From the human T2T-CHM13v2.0 reference genome, Homo sapiens, in the NCBI RefSeq assembly GCF_009914755.1, contig NC_060942.1: DNA of 64,000 nt; one strand, written 5' to 3'. The translations under genes and the position numbers were made by a program. The notes beneath the pieces are model-generated. The model saw only the letters and a list, made by a program, of their open reading frames with translations, was not told the DNA's origin and did no database searches. Below are positions 12,690-28,360 of this stretch, piece after piece (the stretch's first letter is position 1; each line of letters opens with the position of its first letter).

Positions 12690-13455
12690 TTTTAAAAATT
12701 AATTTGTTTCATTTTGCGTTTGATTTGTAGGGCTTGCTCATTCAGTTTAATCTTATTTAATAATTATGTAAAGAATATACGTAGTTCAAAAGTCAATCCT
12801 ACCAAGCACTGGTCCTGTATTCTCTGTCCTTTTCTTCTTCTAGGGGTAAGCATTTTTAATAATTTTTAGTTTATCCTTCCATGACTTAAGTATAAGCAAA
12901 TATATTTATATATTCCTATCCCACATCTTTCTTAGATATGAGATAGCTTATCACATAGTGTTCTGCACTTTGCTATTTCCATTTACCCAGGAGAGCACTC
13001 CTGAGCAGTCTGTATAGCTATTCCACATTTCTTTGTACAGCTGCATAGTACTCCTGGAGTGCTATGTGTCACTGTGTCATTGTGCCATAGTTTATTCATT
13101 TAAATCCATGTGGATAGACAGTAGGGGTTTTTTTGTCTTTTGAAATTACAAATAGTACCACAATTAACAGGCATGCATATATAAGCTTTCGTATTTTTGC
13201 CAGTTTATCTTTGACATGGGTTCCTAGAAAGGGGATCGCTAGTCAATGGATAATTATATACGCACTTAGCAACCCCTTTCTAGGCTTACTAGTCAATGGA
13301 TAAGTGTGTATGTAATTTACCTGGCTATTGCCTAGTTCCTTCCATTAGGTTTATACCATTTTTCCCTCCCACAAGCAATGTATGAGAGTGCCTATTTCCT
13401 CTCAGGTTAACCAAGAGAGAATACTTTCAACATTTTGGATTTTTGACAATGTGAT
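12690..13455 (-). mobile_element. Old L1M fragment
   Basis: T-rich reverse L1M text (cagctgcatagtactcc, ttcctagaaaggggatcgct, ccctcccacaagcaatgtatgagagtgcc). Confidence 0.75.
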
Positions 13456-14269
13456 GTCAATCTCCAAGGTTCTGGTCATCAGAACCGGCTCCATATTTCA
13501 TGTAGGGAAACAATTTGTTTTTTCTAAGTGCTCACCTCAGAAAGCCCCTTGGTAATGTTACTGTTACCAACTTTGACTCCCTTTCATCAAAAGAGTGACT
13601 TTTCTCTAGGAATGAATGGAAATAAAAGCCCTGCCTATGATTTAGATGACAAAAAAAATCATGTGGTCACACAGGAGCCATTAGGAAGGCCTCCTATTCA
13701 TTCAACAAAGATTTACTGAGTATCTCCCATGAACCTACTGTGTGCTACTAAAGTGCTTTTGGACTAAGGTATGGGGCTGAAGGGTGGTAAAGGTTCAGAA
13801 AAAGTGTCTACTATGGCAAGATAAACTATTCCATAATAGGTTCCAAATAACCCCAGGCAAGTGTGATATTCAGTTCTCGACTAACCAGCTGTGAATAGCA
13901 ACATGATGCTATTTGCCCAACTCTGGTATTTTCTGCTGCCCCATCAAAAAGGAAAATGAAGAAATTTTATATTTAAGAGGTAGATGAAAGAAAAAGAGAG
14001 AACAAAAGCCAGATAAATAAACACGAGACTTTTCTTTCTACTGGGTAGAAGGCTGATTCAACTCTACTGCCATTAACACCCAGCAACAACTTGCACATTG
14101 ACACTTATCAGTAAATGTTTGTGGGATGTAGGGATCATAATTTTAAAATATCTGTGTACTAGAGGAGAAATATCTAAACCTTATTTCTCTAAGTCCTCTT
14201 ACATAAAGAACGTTGCTGATTTTAACCTTCCAGTTTGGAAATATTTCTTCCCATTCATCAAATTCTGAA

Positions 14270-14460
14270 AATAATAATAACTGGCCTTTGATGAGTGGTT
14301 CATTTGTGCCGGGCACACTTCTAAGCCCCTTACTTTGTTATCTCATTCAGTGTTCTAAACAACCCTGCTTTGCATGCTTTGATGCAATTATTACCCCATT
14401 TTACAGATGGGGCAAGTGAGGCACAAAAAGGTTAAGTAACTTATCTGCAATTCAGTTCTT
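14270..14460 (-). mobile_element. MIR SINE
   Basis: attaccccattttacagatggggcaagtgaggcacaaaaaggttaagtaactt is the MIR core in reverse. Confidence 0.85.
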
Positions 14461-14843
14461 AAGAGTTCCAAGAGTCAAGATGTAGAATTAACACTCTTGA
14501 ATTCACTTGTAAACTGAGACCTGCAGAAGAATTCATTTGGGAACATAGAGTTGCTATACATAGAATGACCTTCCTATTCCTAAGTGAAACTGTCACCACC
14601 ACCACGGCCAAGTCCATCGTCCTCCCCTTGCTGCATCTGCAGGCAGTTGGCCCACCTCCTGGCCATTCTCGGTGGGTCTCATTCTGAGGCAGTATCTCTG
14701 CCTTGAGGCTTTTGCTCCAAATGAGTTGATCCTTAATCTGATTATCTATGCATGCAGTTGGCCTATTCACCACTTCCCAGAAGCCTAAGCCTGGAGTGTA
14801 TAGTCCAAAATTCTTTACTATATATTAATAGAAAGTACCTTAC

Positions 14844-14919
14844 TCAGCCTTGCAGCTGTTTATATCACTGTGCAATGGTTTCCAGGATCCAGCTGTCATC
14901 AGTCTTCCCCATATGCCAT
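14844..14919 (-). other. Candidate 76-nt internal exon (unverified)
   Basis: Minus strand acceptor ctcatctctctttag|atggc; donor tga|gtaagg (alternative aag|gtactt 5 nt further). Confidence 0.4.
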
Positions 14920-15188
14920 CTAAAGAGAGATGAGTTGCAAGGTTCTATTACCAGGCCTCCCGTCTAGCAACTTGATATCAATTACAGCATTTAGATAATG
15001 CTGGTAAAATTGATGAAGAAGCTTGATGTGTCATCTATGGCTGAACTACCATTCTCCAATTTTTTAACAGCTTGCTCCGAAATTGAGATCATATAAGGGC
15101 CACATCCTCTTAGCCATTCCAGAAAAATGTTGAGCTTCTTAATACTATTTTATTTTCCTCTTTTTTCTGTCAATGAATCAACTATCAA

Positions 15189-15266
15189 ACTAAAATCAAG
15201 GCAGAAAATGTTTAGCTGTATATTCATACTAACATCAAGACAGAAAACTTGTAGCTGCACATTCAT
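15189..15266. repeat. Diverged 39-bp tandem duplication (2 copies)
   Basis: actaaaatcaaggcagaaaatgtttagctgtatattcat followed by actaacatcaagacagaaaacttgtagctgcacattcat. Confidence 0.85.
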
Positions 15267-16144
15267 TTGCTCTGGATCTAGAAGAAAAATAAACGAATCC
15301 CTGCCTTCTCTCAATTAACACTGCTCTAGAGAACTATGCTGCTTTTTACAGAATAATCTAAAACCTCCTGTGTATGCTGTTATTGTCTATGTAACTGTAA
15401 ACCTGATATGATGCTTATAGTATCTTTGGCTGCTAATTTAGTCCATAATCACAAATCACAATTATTCGTGATATAAAGACACAAAAGATAGAGAGATGAT
15501 CAAAATAAAGGGACTGCCTTGAAAATATCTCACCCATATAAGAGAGACAGCACAAAATCAAAATCAAAATGTGATCATATAATAATTAAATGCTATTAGA
15601 GGATAATGCACAAAATTATGTCTTACCATTTTCTACATGAACATATGGTGTTTTTATAGTAGAAGAAAAAAATACATTTTTCTTACTTTAAAGCTCTTCA
15701 AAGTTAAACGTGTATCTCTTGCACCAGCACTAATTGGTTGCAACTCCAGGAACTTGGATCTGTAGTCCATGAGGGTAGAGCTCATTTATCCCTGGCTACT
15801 TCTGAAGTAGGACAGAAATGCTACTTCCCTTTAAAGTTTGCAGTTACGAGTCCTTGCATCTTCTCCCCCTCAAAGCAAAGCAAAAACAAATGAACACAAA
15901 GGAAAGGAAGGTTTACATTATGGCTACTAAAAGATATGTTTCTGGTAAGTCCTCTCATCACCTAACCACACAAATGCATGGAACTTTAAAGATGCTGTGG
16001 TTTCTTCCTAGCCTCTACAGGCTCTTTTTTTTTACTGAAGGCTTTATATGCTGCCATGTCCCGGGCTAAGAATTTAGAGATGAGAAGTCCACTTAGCATT
16101 GAGGGATAAACAGTTCACCGGAAGAGACTTCTACCACAGAACTC

Positions 16145-16642
16145 CAACAGAAAATGCTTCTTTTATTGAAGACACTTGGGCATTCAAAAATTCAAGTCCA
16201 ACATGACAAATGTGGGGGTAACGAATAAATCCAAGATGGCGCCATCAACTGTAACATAATTGGATATCTCATCATCTAATGCTTGCTCCAGGAGTATGAT
16301 AACTGCTTCAGACATATTTCATTTTTCACGTATTCTTAGCAAAAACTAAAATTCAGCATATCCCCTGCAAGACCGAAGATATCATGATTTTTCTCATCTC
16401 TCAGAATACTTTGGTACAAATGTTTAGAAAACTGTGAGCTGTAGAGAGTGATTTCACAATTGGTATATGGAAAGGCCTCAGAGAATGAAGTATTGTAATG
16501 TAACTTAAGTCACATGAGACTGGATATACTTCTGGAGTCCAGCCCATTAAAATAGAACTACATGGGATCCTATTCAACAAGTTTTTCCATTAAGATGAAT
16601 AAGACTAAAACGTCCATCAGCAGCAATGTCCTCCAAATGTAG
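16145..16642 (-). other. Candidate 3'-terminal exon with poly(A) signal (unverified)
   Basis: Minus strand acceptor ttatttttcatag|ctac; AATAAA (tttatt on plus at 16162-16167) followed by GU-rich ttttctgttggagttctgtgg; repeat-free. Confidence 0.35.
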
Positions 16643-17011
16643 CTATGAAAAATAATTATCCAACCCTAGTTTCTTGGTCTATTTCAAAATCTATCTCAGA
16701 ACAGACAGTGCCCCTCTTCTATAAGATGAGACACTGCTTGCTTGTCACACATTAAATTTTACTTAATATATAATTTCTCTTCAGATACAAGATCCAAACA
16801 AGTTTTTTCCATTCTGAACAAAAATGTATGAGAAAAGACTCCTCTTCTCTCCCAATAGCTATTCTCAGCTCTATTTTAATGCAAATTAGAATTATACTTT
16901 CATTATTATGAATTAGAAATACATAATCAAAAGCGCATTTGAATTTTATTTGATATAAGCCGCCTCATACCACAAATGCTAATGGACCCATGACTATACA
17001 ATTCCAATTTA

Positions 17012-17140
17012 GGCTGGGCATGGTGATGCATGCCTGTAGTCCCAGCTATTCAGAAGGCTGAGGCAGGAGAATGGCTTGAACTCAGGAGTTCAAGACTAGC
17101 CTCAGCAACATAGTAAGACCCCCATCTCTTAAAAAAAAAA
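17012..17140 (+). mobile_element. FLAM / Alu monomer
   Basis: Single Alu-family monomer of about 120 nt with an A tail. Confidence 0.9.
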
Positions 17141-17279
17141 TTTTTTTAAGAAAATAACTTATGAAAACAATAAAACCCTGATTTGTAGATTCCCCTGCCC
17201 TTGAAATCTTCAGAGAATGTTATTAAATTATTTTAACAAATATAAAAGATATAATCAATTGAAAAGTCTTATTGGCTAC

Positions 17280-18790
<1,511 letters not shown>

Positions 18791-18800
18791 TGTGCTTTAG

Positions 18801-19169
<369 letters not shown>

Positions 19170-19560
19170 TGACTCATCCAATAAATAGTAATGAGCACCT
19201 TCTAGTGTAAGAACCTGAGTGAGAAGCTTCAAGTAGAACTATGAAAAAGACAGAAGCCGCCCATCCCAAGACATGTATATTCTACAAGGGGATTCAGATG
19301 TTAAGCTGGTTGCACAATATATTGTTTAATTATATTTGGGACTAGGACCACAAAGAAGAGATATAGAGCTTTTAATGGAGAAACAAAATGAGTTCAGTGG
19401 CAAACTAGAGTTTCATGTAAGATTCTCTGAAAAGCTACTTTGAGGTAAATTTTAAAAGTGAATTAACCAGGCAAAGAGAAGAAAAGAGCATTCCAGGTAG
19501 AAGTAATTGGATATGCAAAGGACCTGAGGCAGAAAAGGATGGTAGAATACCCCAGACTAT
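19170..19560 (-). mobile_element. L2 LINE fragment
   Basis: catccaataaatagtaatgagcaccttcta...agcattccaggtagaag reverse L2 text. Confidence 0.65.
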
Positions 19561-20438
19561 GAAAGCAAGTTAGTGGAACAAGCAGAAACATATGTAAACA
19601 TGCCAACTTACTAAGTTTAAAAAAGTACTTTCTTTGGGCAAATATTAAGTAAATTTGATCATAATATAGAAGTGTGGTATCCATGCCATCTGAGGTTTTA
19701 TGCCTGTTGTTTAGAACTCAAAGAAAGAAAGCATAAATATAGTCTGAAGACAGAACAAATTAATATAAGAATAACTTCACTGAATACTACTGCACTCCTC
19801 ACAGCTGTGCAAAGTCATGTTCCTCATAGAGAAAGTGAGAAAACAACCACTAAGATAGACTTCAACACCGTAGCTAGATGGCTGTATAGACATACTACAG
19901 AAGAATATGTTATTTTTATAAGCATTTAATTATAAAATATCCTCAAAGCACATGAGATTCAGGAATAAAAAAGATCAATGGTATTTTTCTCTTCAGATCC
20001 AGAAGGAGGTCACACATTCATTTAGGGTATTTTAGCCTCCTAGTTCCCTTCTGTTCTCAATATCCAACTTCTAATGGCACCTGGCTCTGCCATATGTAAG
20101 CTATCACCTGTAGCTACTTCACTCCCATAAAAACCAAGCCCCAAGATAAGACTGTGCAATGCCAACCAGAATAATTATAAATAACTGCAACAAAACATTT
20201 CCATTTCTCTCACTTCCGAGAGTATTTTGGGCTATATTTTCCGAATAATTGCTCATCTCAACTTGCCTATGTACATTTAACCCACTCAAGCCAAAGTTGA
20301 TAGCAGCTGCACATCCAGAAGGAGCTTACACACAGTTGAGGGCATTCAAAATTGTTTTATGGATGAGGCAAACATTGTCTGAGACATTGTGTCATGCCCT
20401 ACCGTTTCTGCAGATTTCCAGGAGACCTTTCATCTTAC

Positions 20439-20622
20439 CTAATGTTTCACAAAGGACATCGCTGTAGCATCTCCACCTCCTCGTGGTTTCACATATAACG
20501 GCTGCAGCCCTCTCTCGCACTGCACCATGGGGCTGCATGGGAAATCCATGAAAGACCTTCAACAGATCTGACTCCGGCAAGTCATAGGCCCAGAAGAGAG
20601 AAGCACATGAGCTTGTTCCTTT
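20439..20622 (-). other. Candidate 184-nt internal exon (unverified)
   Basis: Minus strand acceptor attttggttttgattag|aaag and strong donor tag|gtaaga; one frame open throughout (KGTSSCASLFWAYDLPESDLL...DVLCETL). Confidence 0.45.
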
Positions 20623-21984
20623 CTAATCAAAACCAAAATCCAGAGCTTCTCCACAATATCATAAAAGCAAAACCATCACATTTGTGAAAAAAGCAGAGCA
20701 TATGGTAATGGGATCATTAAGATCAGCCCTAAAGTATGTTCACAAATATCATGACAGCGTTGTGGATACTAATTGCTGTCTAAAAACACCACTTCAGCCT
20801 AAGTGCTAGTATTAGACAAGGGTACATTCTATGAAATCTTGTTGGGCCCTTAATTGAAAGGGTCATTAAAAATTTACTGAAGGGGATACTGGAAACACTA
20901 TAAAGGACAAAAGGTGTGTTTGATGCTCCATTCATTGTCAAGGATGCCACATCAAGTGTCAAGCGCTAGGGGTCAAGATAGGAGAGAATGGATTTGAAGG
21001 CAATGGTACAGAGAGCTTTTTTACATGAAGACCAAGCCCAGGGCTGCCTGACTTTAGGCTCTGTGAAATACACTGTGATGAAGCATTGGTGGTCCAACAC
21101 ACTTCCCATCTAAGAAATGTACCTATGAATTTACATCTTATGAATATTTGATCCAGCTACAAATATGAAAAAAATCAGCAGTCTCTGAATTATTTCATTG
21201 TTTTTGCCAAAGTCCTAAATTATTTTTCCTGTAATAAAATAAAATGTATTGGGTGGGAATAAGAGTCCAAAAAGGCAAATACCAACTCAAGCCCGTTAAA
21301 ACTAAGGTTCCAGCCATGCTGATTTTCTTTACGACATAAGCGGTCTACTTGGCTGATAGCAGCAGAGACTTGGGTCAATACTGTCATTCCCACCTGCCAG
21401 CACTGCAGACTTCATGCATTCTCCCTTGAATTAACTTGACCACAGGCTATTTCTTGTAGGGTATAATGAAGAAATTGGCCAAAGTTCCTGCAAGAGATAT
21501 AATGTTGACATGAATTCTTTAAAACACATAAACAAACCTTGAAGACTAGAAAGGTCATGGTGAAAGAAGCAAATTTCTTTACTTTAATATTTATGGGAAG
21601 AAAAGAATTCTAATCTGGGAAGTGACTTATGAGCAATAGCAATAGGTCGGGGCAGAATGTCACATGTGACCATGGGGACCAGACAGGTTACTAATCTTTG
21701 GTAAGGACTGTGGGGAGATGCTGTAGGTGTGCTGTGCTGTGTGTGTGTGCGCGTGTGTATGTGTATGCAAGTGTGTGTGCATGCTAAAACAGCAAGATTA
21801 AAACATTCTAACCAAAAGAATTTGTTCTATGCTGAAAGTTCACAGAAAGATAGTACACTTAACATTTGAGAAAAATAAGATTTTTAAAAAGTGAACAAGT
21901 ATGTCCTCGGTAGTTACAGAGACTGCTGGCAAGGAAAATCCCTTGAGGACTGCCAAGTGTGTCTTGATATCCAAAAGAATGAAT

Positions 21985-22533
21985 GCTGAGCCAGAAATGT
22001 TGTGAAATGGGCTCCATGATTTCATCCCCTGATATTTATGCCCTTGTGTTGTTCCCTCCCACTGCGTGTGGGCAGGACTGTGAGTCGCTTCTAACTGATC
22101 ACATATGGCAAAAGTGTTGGGATGTCCATGACTCCGTGTATGTGTTTACTTTACGTAAGGCTGTAATCCTTGTCATCAGAGGAGAGTATCTCCCTTGCTG
22201 GCTGCAAGAAAGAAAGCAGCCATTCTGAAAAGACCCATGTGGCAAGGAACTGAAGGCAGCCTCCAGCTGATGGGCAGCAAGAATCTTAGGCCCTCAGTCC
22301 GGCAGCCTGCAAGGAACTGAGTGCCAGAAGTGGATTCTTCCCCAGTCAAGCCTCAGATGAGTCTACAGACCTGGCTGACACCTTGAAAGAAGCCTCCTGA
22401 GACTCTGAAGCACAGGACACAACCAAGATTTGCCCAGACTCCTGACCAATGAAACTGACATAATAAGTCTGTGTTGTATGTAAGTAGCTAAGTTTGTCAC
22501 AAGTATTATTACACGGCAATAAATAATTAATAC
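21985..22533 (+). mobile_element. MaLR LTR (MLT1E-like)
   Basis: ccatgtggcaaggaactgaaggcagcctccagctga, cccagtcaagcctcagatga, ending gcaataaataattaataca. Confidence 0.85.
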
Positions 22534-22576
22534 AGAACTAATACTGATGCCAAAGGCTTTGACTTTGACTCAGTTC

Positions 22577-22871
22577 TTTTTTTTTTTTTTTTTTTTTCCT
22601 TGGATATGGGATTTCACTCTGTGGCCCAGGCTGACGTGCAGTGGTGCAATCAGCTCACTGCAGCCTTGACCTCCTGGGATCGAGCAATTTTCCTGTCTTC
22701 AGTCTCCTGAGTAGCTGGAACTACAGGCATGCACCACCGTTCCTGGCTAATTGTTTTATTTTTATAGAGACAGGGTCTCACTGTGTTGCTCAGGCTGGTC
22801 TGGAACTCCTGGGCTCAAGGGATCCTCCCACCTCAGCCTCCTGAAGTGCTAGGATTACAGCACACCCAGAC
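22577..22871 (-). mobile_element. AluJ
   Basis: Poly-T then reverse Alu with J-type cagctcactgcagccttgacctcctgg; flanks gactcagttcttt / gactaggttcttt. Confidence 0.93.
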
Positions 22872-23149
22872 TGACTAGGTTCTTTCATCCCTAGGGGCTT
22901 CTCCTTTAAACAATGTGATCACCCACATGTGCTACCAAAAAATCCAAAGAAGATTATAACAAAGTTATAGAGGGCCAGATTTTATGTCGAGATATCACTA
23001 AATGGAACAATGTAATACATAGAAGAAATTATAGAATTCACAGCTGTGGATCTCCATTTATCTTCCAAGGAGAACGAATTCTGACTTTCTAAAGAAGCAG
23101 TAACAATCCATCTTCTGTGGAATATAAAAAAACATAGTTGTGTCTGTAA

Positions 23150-23360
23150 TGTAGCCTATGATACATTAGAAGGAGCTTTGGAGGCAGACAGATTGAGGTT
23201 CAAATCCCAGTTTTTCTCTTTACAAACTTGGATAATATATTGAGTTTCAGTTTACTCATTCAAACAATTGAAACAATCAAACCAACCCCAGTGTTGAGAG
23301 AAAATGAATAAGATACATAACTTGGGCATCAACCACAGGAGGAAAATAAATACTAGTTCT
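23150..23360 (+). mobile_element. MIR SINE
   Basis: gctttggaggcagacagattgaggttcaaatcccag...gagtttcagtttactcat. Confidence 0.7.
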
Positions 23361-23578
23361 CCTCCCCTTTCTTTATCCCATAAGATTAATGCATCTTAGA
23401 TTTTAGAAGAGAATATTTTAAAACAAAATCAGGGAAAATACAACACTAGAAGGAAATGTGGCCCAAGAAGTGTTAGATGCACTAAACATGAAAACCTGAT
23501 TATATAATTATGAATAGTATTAACAAAGAGGAATTATCCTAAGAAATCACAGTAGTTGCTTAGAGTACCCTCCAATAA

Positions 23579-24405
<827 letters not shown>

Positions 24406-25086
24406 TCAAAACAAAGAAGTGAAAAATAAAAGGAATACTATCTTTGGTTGGTGAAGATGTGCAATATTGTCAGGTAGTACAAAACAAACTGCTTTTACTT
24501 TGCACTCATCTTTACCAAGAAGGGTGATCATCAAACAGAAAAGAGAAGAATAGACATAATTAAGATACAATCAAAGAGTAAGATTATGGAGATAATAGGA
24601 AAATTGTAACTTGGCTCAGATAATTACTCCCAGGAGAAATAGTTTGCAAATACAATTGGAGAACCACTTCCAGTAATTTGTTTAAAATCTTATAGAACCA
24701 GAGAAGCCAAAAAACTACAGATAGGCAAAAAAATTGATTTTTAAATAGTAAATGCTTGATAAATCTTGATACTGATACTCGACTAAATTCTCTAATGGAT
24801 AATCAAACAGATGCTTGGTAAGCACTTTGAGAGAAGAAATTATCATCACTAGGAGCCAAAATGGGTTCACTTAAGAAGATGTTAGGCCAAACAAATTTTA
24901 TTTATTTCTTTAAAAAGTGACTGCATTGGTAAATTAGAAGATGCTAGAAGCATACTTATAAGATCTAGAAATTAGAACTGAAATAATTATTTTTAATTTT
25001 ATATTTAGACTAGAGGGATAGGACTTGAGAGAAGTGCTATCTTCAAGTGTTTCAAAGACTATCATGGTAAAGGAAATATGGTTCAT

Positions 25087-25309
25087 CACATGGACACAGG
25101 GAGAGGAACATCACACACTGGGGCCTCTCGGGCAGTCAGGGGAAGAGGAGGGAGAGCATTAGAACAAATACCTAATGCATGCAGGGCTTAGAACCTAGAT
25201 GACAGGTTGATAGATGCAGCAAACCACCATGGCACATGTATACCTATGTAACAAACCTGCACGTTCTGCACATGTGTCCCAGAACTTAAAGTAAAATTAA
25301 AAATAAATA
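25087..25309 (+). mobile_element. Short 5'-truncated L1PA 3' UTR (about L1PA8-12)
   Basis: L1PA 3' UTR text with A tail; TSD aaag(g/a)aaatatggttcat at 25069-25086 and 25310-25327. Confidence 0.9.
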
Positions 25310-25327
25310 AAAGAAAATATGGTTCAT

Positions 25328-25661
25328 GTACACCATGGAATACCATACAGCCATAATAAAGAATGAAGTTATATCCTTTGCAGCAGCGTGGATAAGACTG
25401 GAGGCCATCATCCTTAGCAAACTAATGCAGGAACAGAAAATCAAATACCCTGTGTTCTCACAAGCAGGAGCTAAGCATTGGGCACAGATGGATATAAATA
25501 TGGGAACAATAGACACTGTGGACTACTAGAGGGTGGAGAGACAGGGATGGGTTGAAAAAACCACCTATCAGGTACCATGCTCACTACCAGAGTGATAGGA
25601 TTTGTGCTCCAAACCCCAGCATCAGGCAATATTTTCATGTAACAAATCTGCACATGTACCA
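25328..25661 (+). mobile_element. Older L1 3' end (L1PA16/L1PB-like), host of the previous insertion
   Basis: ORF2 C-terminal remnant YTMEYHTAIIKNEVISFAAAWIRLEAIILSKLMQEQKIKY followed by 3' UTR. Confidence 0.88.
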
Positions 25662-25719
25662 TGTATTACAAGGAGTTAAAATTACTGAGCATTGCTGCAC
25701 CCTTCAAATCGAAGCCCAG

Positions 25720-25990
25720 ATGACTTGAGGAGTCTCTCTGATCCCTCGGGTTTAGAGTTGAAATCCTTGCTATATGTTGCTATCACGCATTTACATTTCC
25801 ACGATTGTAGTGTTTTTGTCAGAATGTATTATGATTGCTTGTTTAATTGCCAACCTCTCCAGTGGGATGTAAGATCCATAGAGCAAGGACCAAATCTATC
25901 TTTTTGGTTTGTTTTATCCTCAGGGTCTAATACCAGACCCCATACATGGAAAGTGCTTTATAAATACTTGCCAGTGGAATGAATGGATGA
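25720..25990 (+). mobile_element. L2 3' end
   Basis: gatgtaagatccatagagcaaggacc...gtgctttataaatacttg...gaatgaatg. Confidence 0.7.
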
Positions 25991-27699
25991 GAAAGTAAAG
26001 GAATTTTCAAAATGTGTGCTTCACAACGATGTGGTTTTCATCTCAATATCAGGAGGAACTGTCTTATAATTAGGAAAGAAATTATAAATTCCTCATTCTA
26101 AAAGTGTTCAAGAAGAATATGAAAACCAAATGATCCATACAGCATTCCATATAGTGGAATGGAAGTTCAATTCGATGGCCTCTAAACTCCCTTCTAACTC
26201 TACTCAAAAATTCAAAGCCGTATCACCTTTTAACATAAAATCAAAGTGCACAGCCCCAGAATTCCAGAGGCACAATAGCTGCGCTAAACAGTGAGCTCCT
26301 GAAGGCTGGTTTTATTCTTTTGTTGTCTCCTACCTTGCCTAGAACAGAGCTTTGCCCAAGCTGACAGTTAATAACTGTTGATAAATAAATGGCTGCAATA
26401 AATGTAGATTGTTTCTGAAATGAAAACAACAATGAATATATTCAGTCTGACCATCTTATTTCACAGAAATAAGTTCTTTCCCGAAGATTGAGGTGACTTC
26501 TCAAAAGTCATCCAGCTACTTGGGGACACAGCCAAGACTTTATACAGTTTACTGCTATTTCCACCAGTCTAGGTTGCCTTAAAGACTCTTTACGGAAACA
26601 ACTGAAGACAAAAAACCCAAGGACTCAAGACATCTAGACCATCTGGGGACATAAAAAGCATCTCTATAGTGAAAAACCAAGGGATCAAGTCATCACTGTA
26701 GTAAATCCAAGAGGGATGTTGACCAGGATCAGAAGAGATAGCACAGAGAACCAGAGGTTCATTGCATTTCCAGGTGATCCATACAGTGTTTTGTACAGTG
26801 GAATCGAAGTTCAATTCAATGGCCTCTGATCATTGCATTTCCTAAAGTAAATTAGGGCTAGACAAAATAATAATAACAATAGCATCATATGTTAAGGCTC
26901 TCCTCAAAGGGCTGAGCCAACTCATTAAAGTTCAGTGTCTATAACTACAACATAAAGAAAAGTGGGCAAGTTACTGTCACTTGGTTACCTTGGTCAAATA
27001 AAAATTCAGTTGTAGAATGTAATAAAGGAGATTTTTTTGGCCTGGTTCTCTGCATATACATATAATTAACGTATATCATGACGATCAATTTTAGGGCCTT
27101 TCTTATTTCTACTGGTGGTCTATATTAATCTAAATCAAAAAAAATAGGAAATCATTATGAGAATTTTCACTCTGTAGCTACAGTCCATAGGTCCAGGATC
27201 AACAGAAAAGTTTTACCCAGCAGTATTTCCTAGGACGACATGCTGTTTCTTTCCTTTTGTAGAACTATTTGACAAAATGACAAACTGTTGCATTTGTCCA
27301 TTCAAAGGATATTCAGAGAATGCCCATTGCATGGTGGCCACTTTGATGACATACATTGCAAAACATAGTCCCCTTAACAGTCAAGAAGGCCAGAACCAAG
27401 GACCGGGTACTGTGGTCATTGCTTCATTAGCAGTAGATCCGGTTCTACGGGAATCCAAACAAGGGGGAACGGGGCCTGCCAGAGGAGCTAATGCTGGAGG
27501 GGAATCTTGAAGTGACAGTAGAAGTTAGCTGGCTAGACAATGGGTCACCATTGTTTCTGGCATAAGGCAGAGCATTTGCAAAGGCACAGTCATGGCAGGA
27601 ACTTCAGGCAATCTGGTGTGGCTGAAGTTTGTGGATCATTGAAAGGAGGTGCTCTAACCACTCTGGTCATTTAGCTTGGAACAGGGACAGTCAAGGACT

Positions 27700-28360
27700 T
27701 TTTCCTACTCTTTATCCTCCCTGTCTCTATGTGTGTCAGGCTCTCTCTCATGCTCTCCAGAGGTATTACAATAACTTCCTAACTATGCTCCCTCCTGCCA
27801 ATCTTTCTTTCCACTTTTCAATGCATCCTCTACACTTCAAAAGATTTCACTTTCCAGAATGCAAATCTGATCATGTCATTCTCCAATTCAATCTTTGCCT
27901 ATCAGATAAAGTCCAAATTTCTTGGTGCAAAGCATGAACATTTTCCATTCTGGCCTCTTGCCTTTCTAACTTTATCTGCTAACTCTTCCCACCTCACAGC
28001 TGAAAATGCAGCCTGGTAATGCATACCTACTCAACATCCCCTCACATCTGCTGCACCTCCTCACACCTCTGACCTTTGTACCTAGTGTTTCCTCTGACTA
28101 GAATGCTTTTCACGGAGAGAGATCAAACTCACCTTCAGTAAAGCCTTTCCCCACACGACTACAAAGTCCTTCCTCCATCTCCCCGTAGTCCCCTATACAA
28201 ATCTCTACTCATCAATTTGCACAATATATTGGGTCTTTTTAACTTCCCCACCCAGAGGAATATCCGTATCTCAGTTTTCTTTGACTTACCATTACCCTTC
28301 AGAATTACCCAGTACTTGGCAAACAATAGATCCTTGAGGTTTGTTAAATGAATAAATGAG
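27700..28360 (+). mobile_element. L2 3' portion
   Basis: aatgcaaatctgatcatgtcattctcc...ttgttaaatgaataaatga. Confidence 0.7.

Larger units (their letters stand above)
24600..26200 (+). mobile_element. CR1/L3 LINE remnant, fragmented by later L1 and L2 insertions
   Basis: atcatcactaggagccaaaatgggttcact (IITRSQNGFT, resembling CR1 RT IxxSQHGFT) at about 24842; L3/MIR3-type 3' end (gatggcctctaaactcccttctaactcta) at about 26175-26200. Confidence 0.6.
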
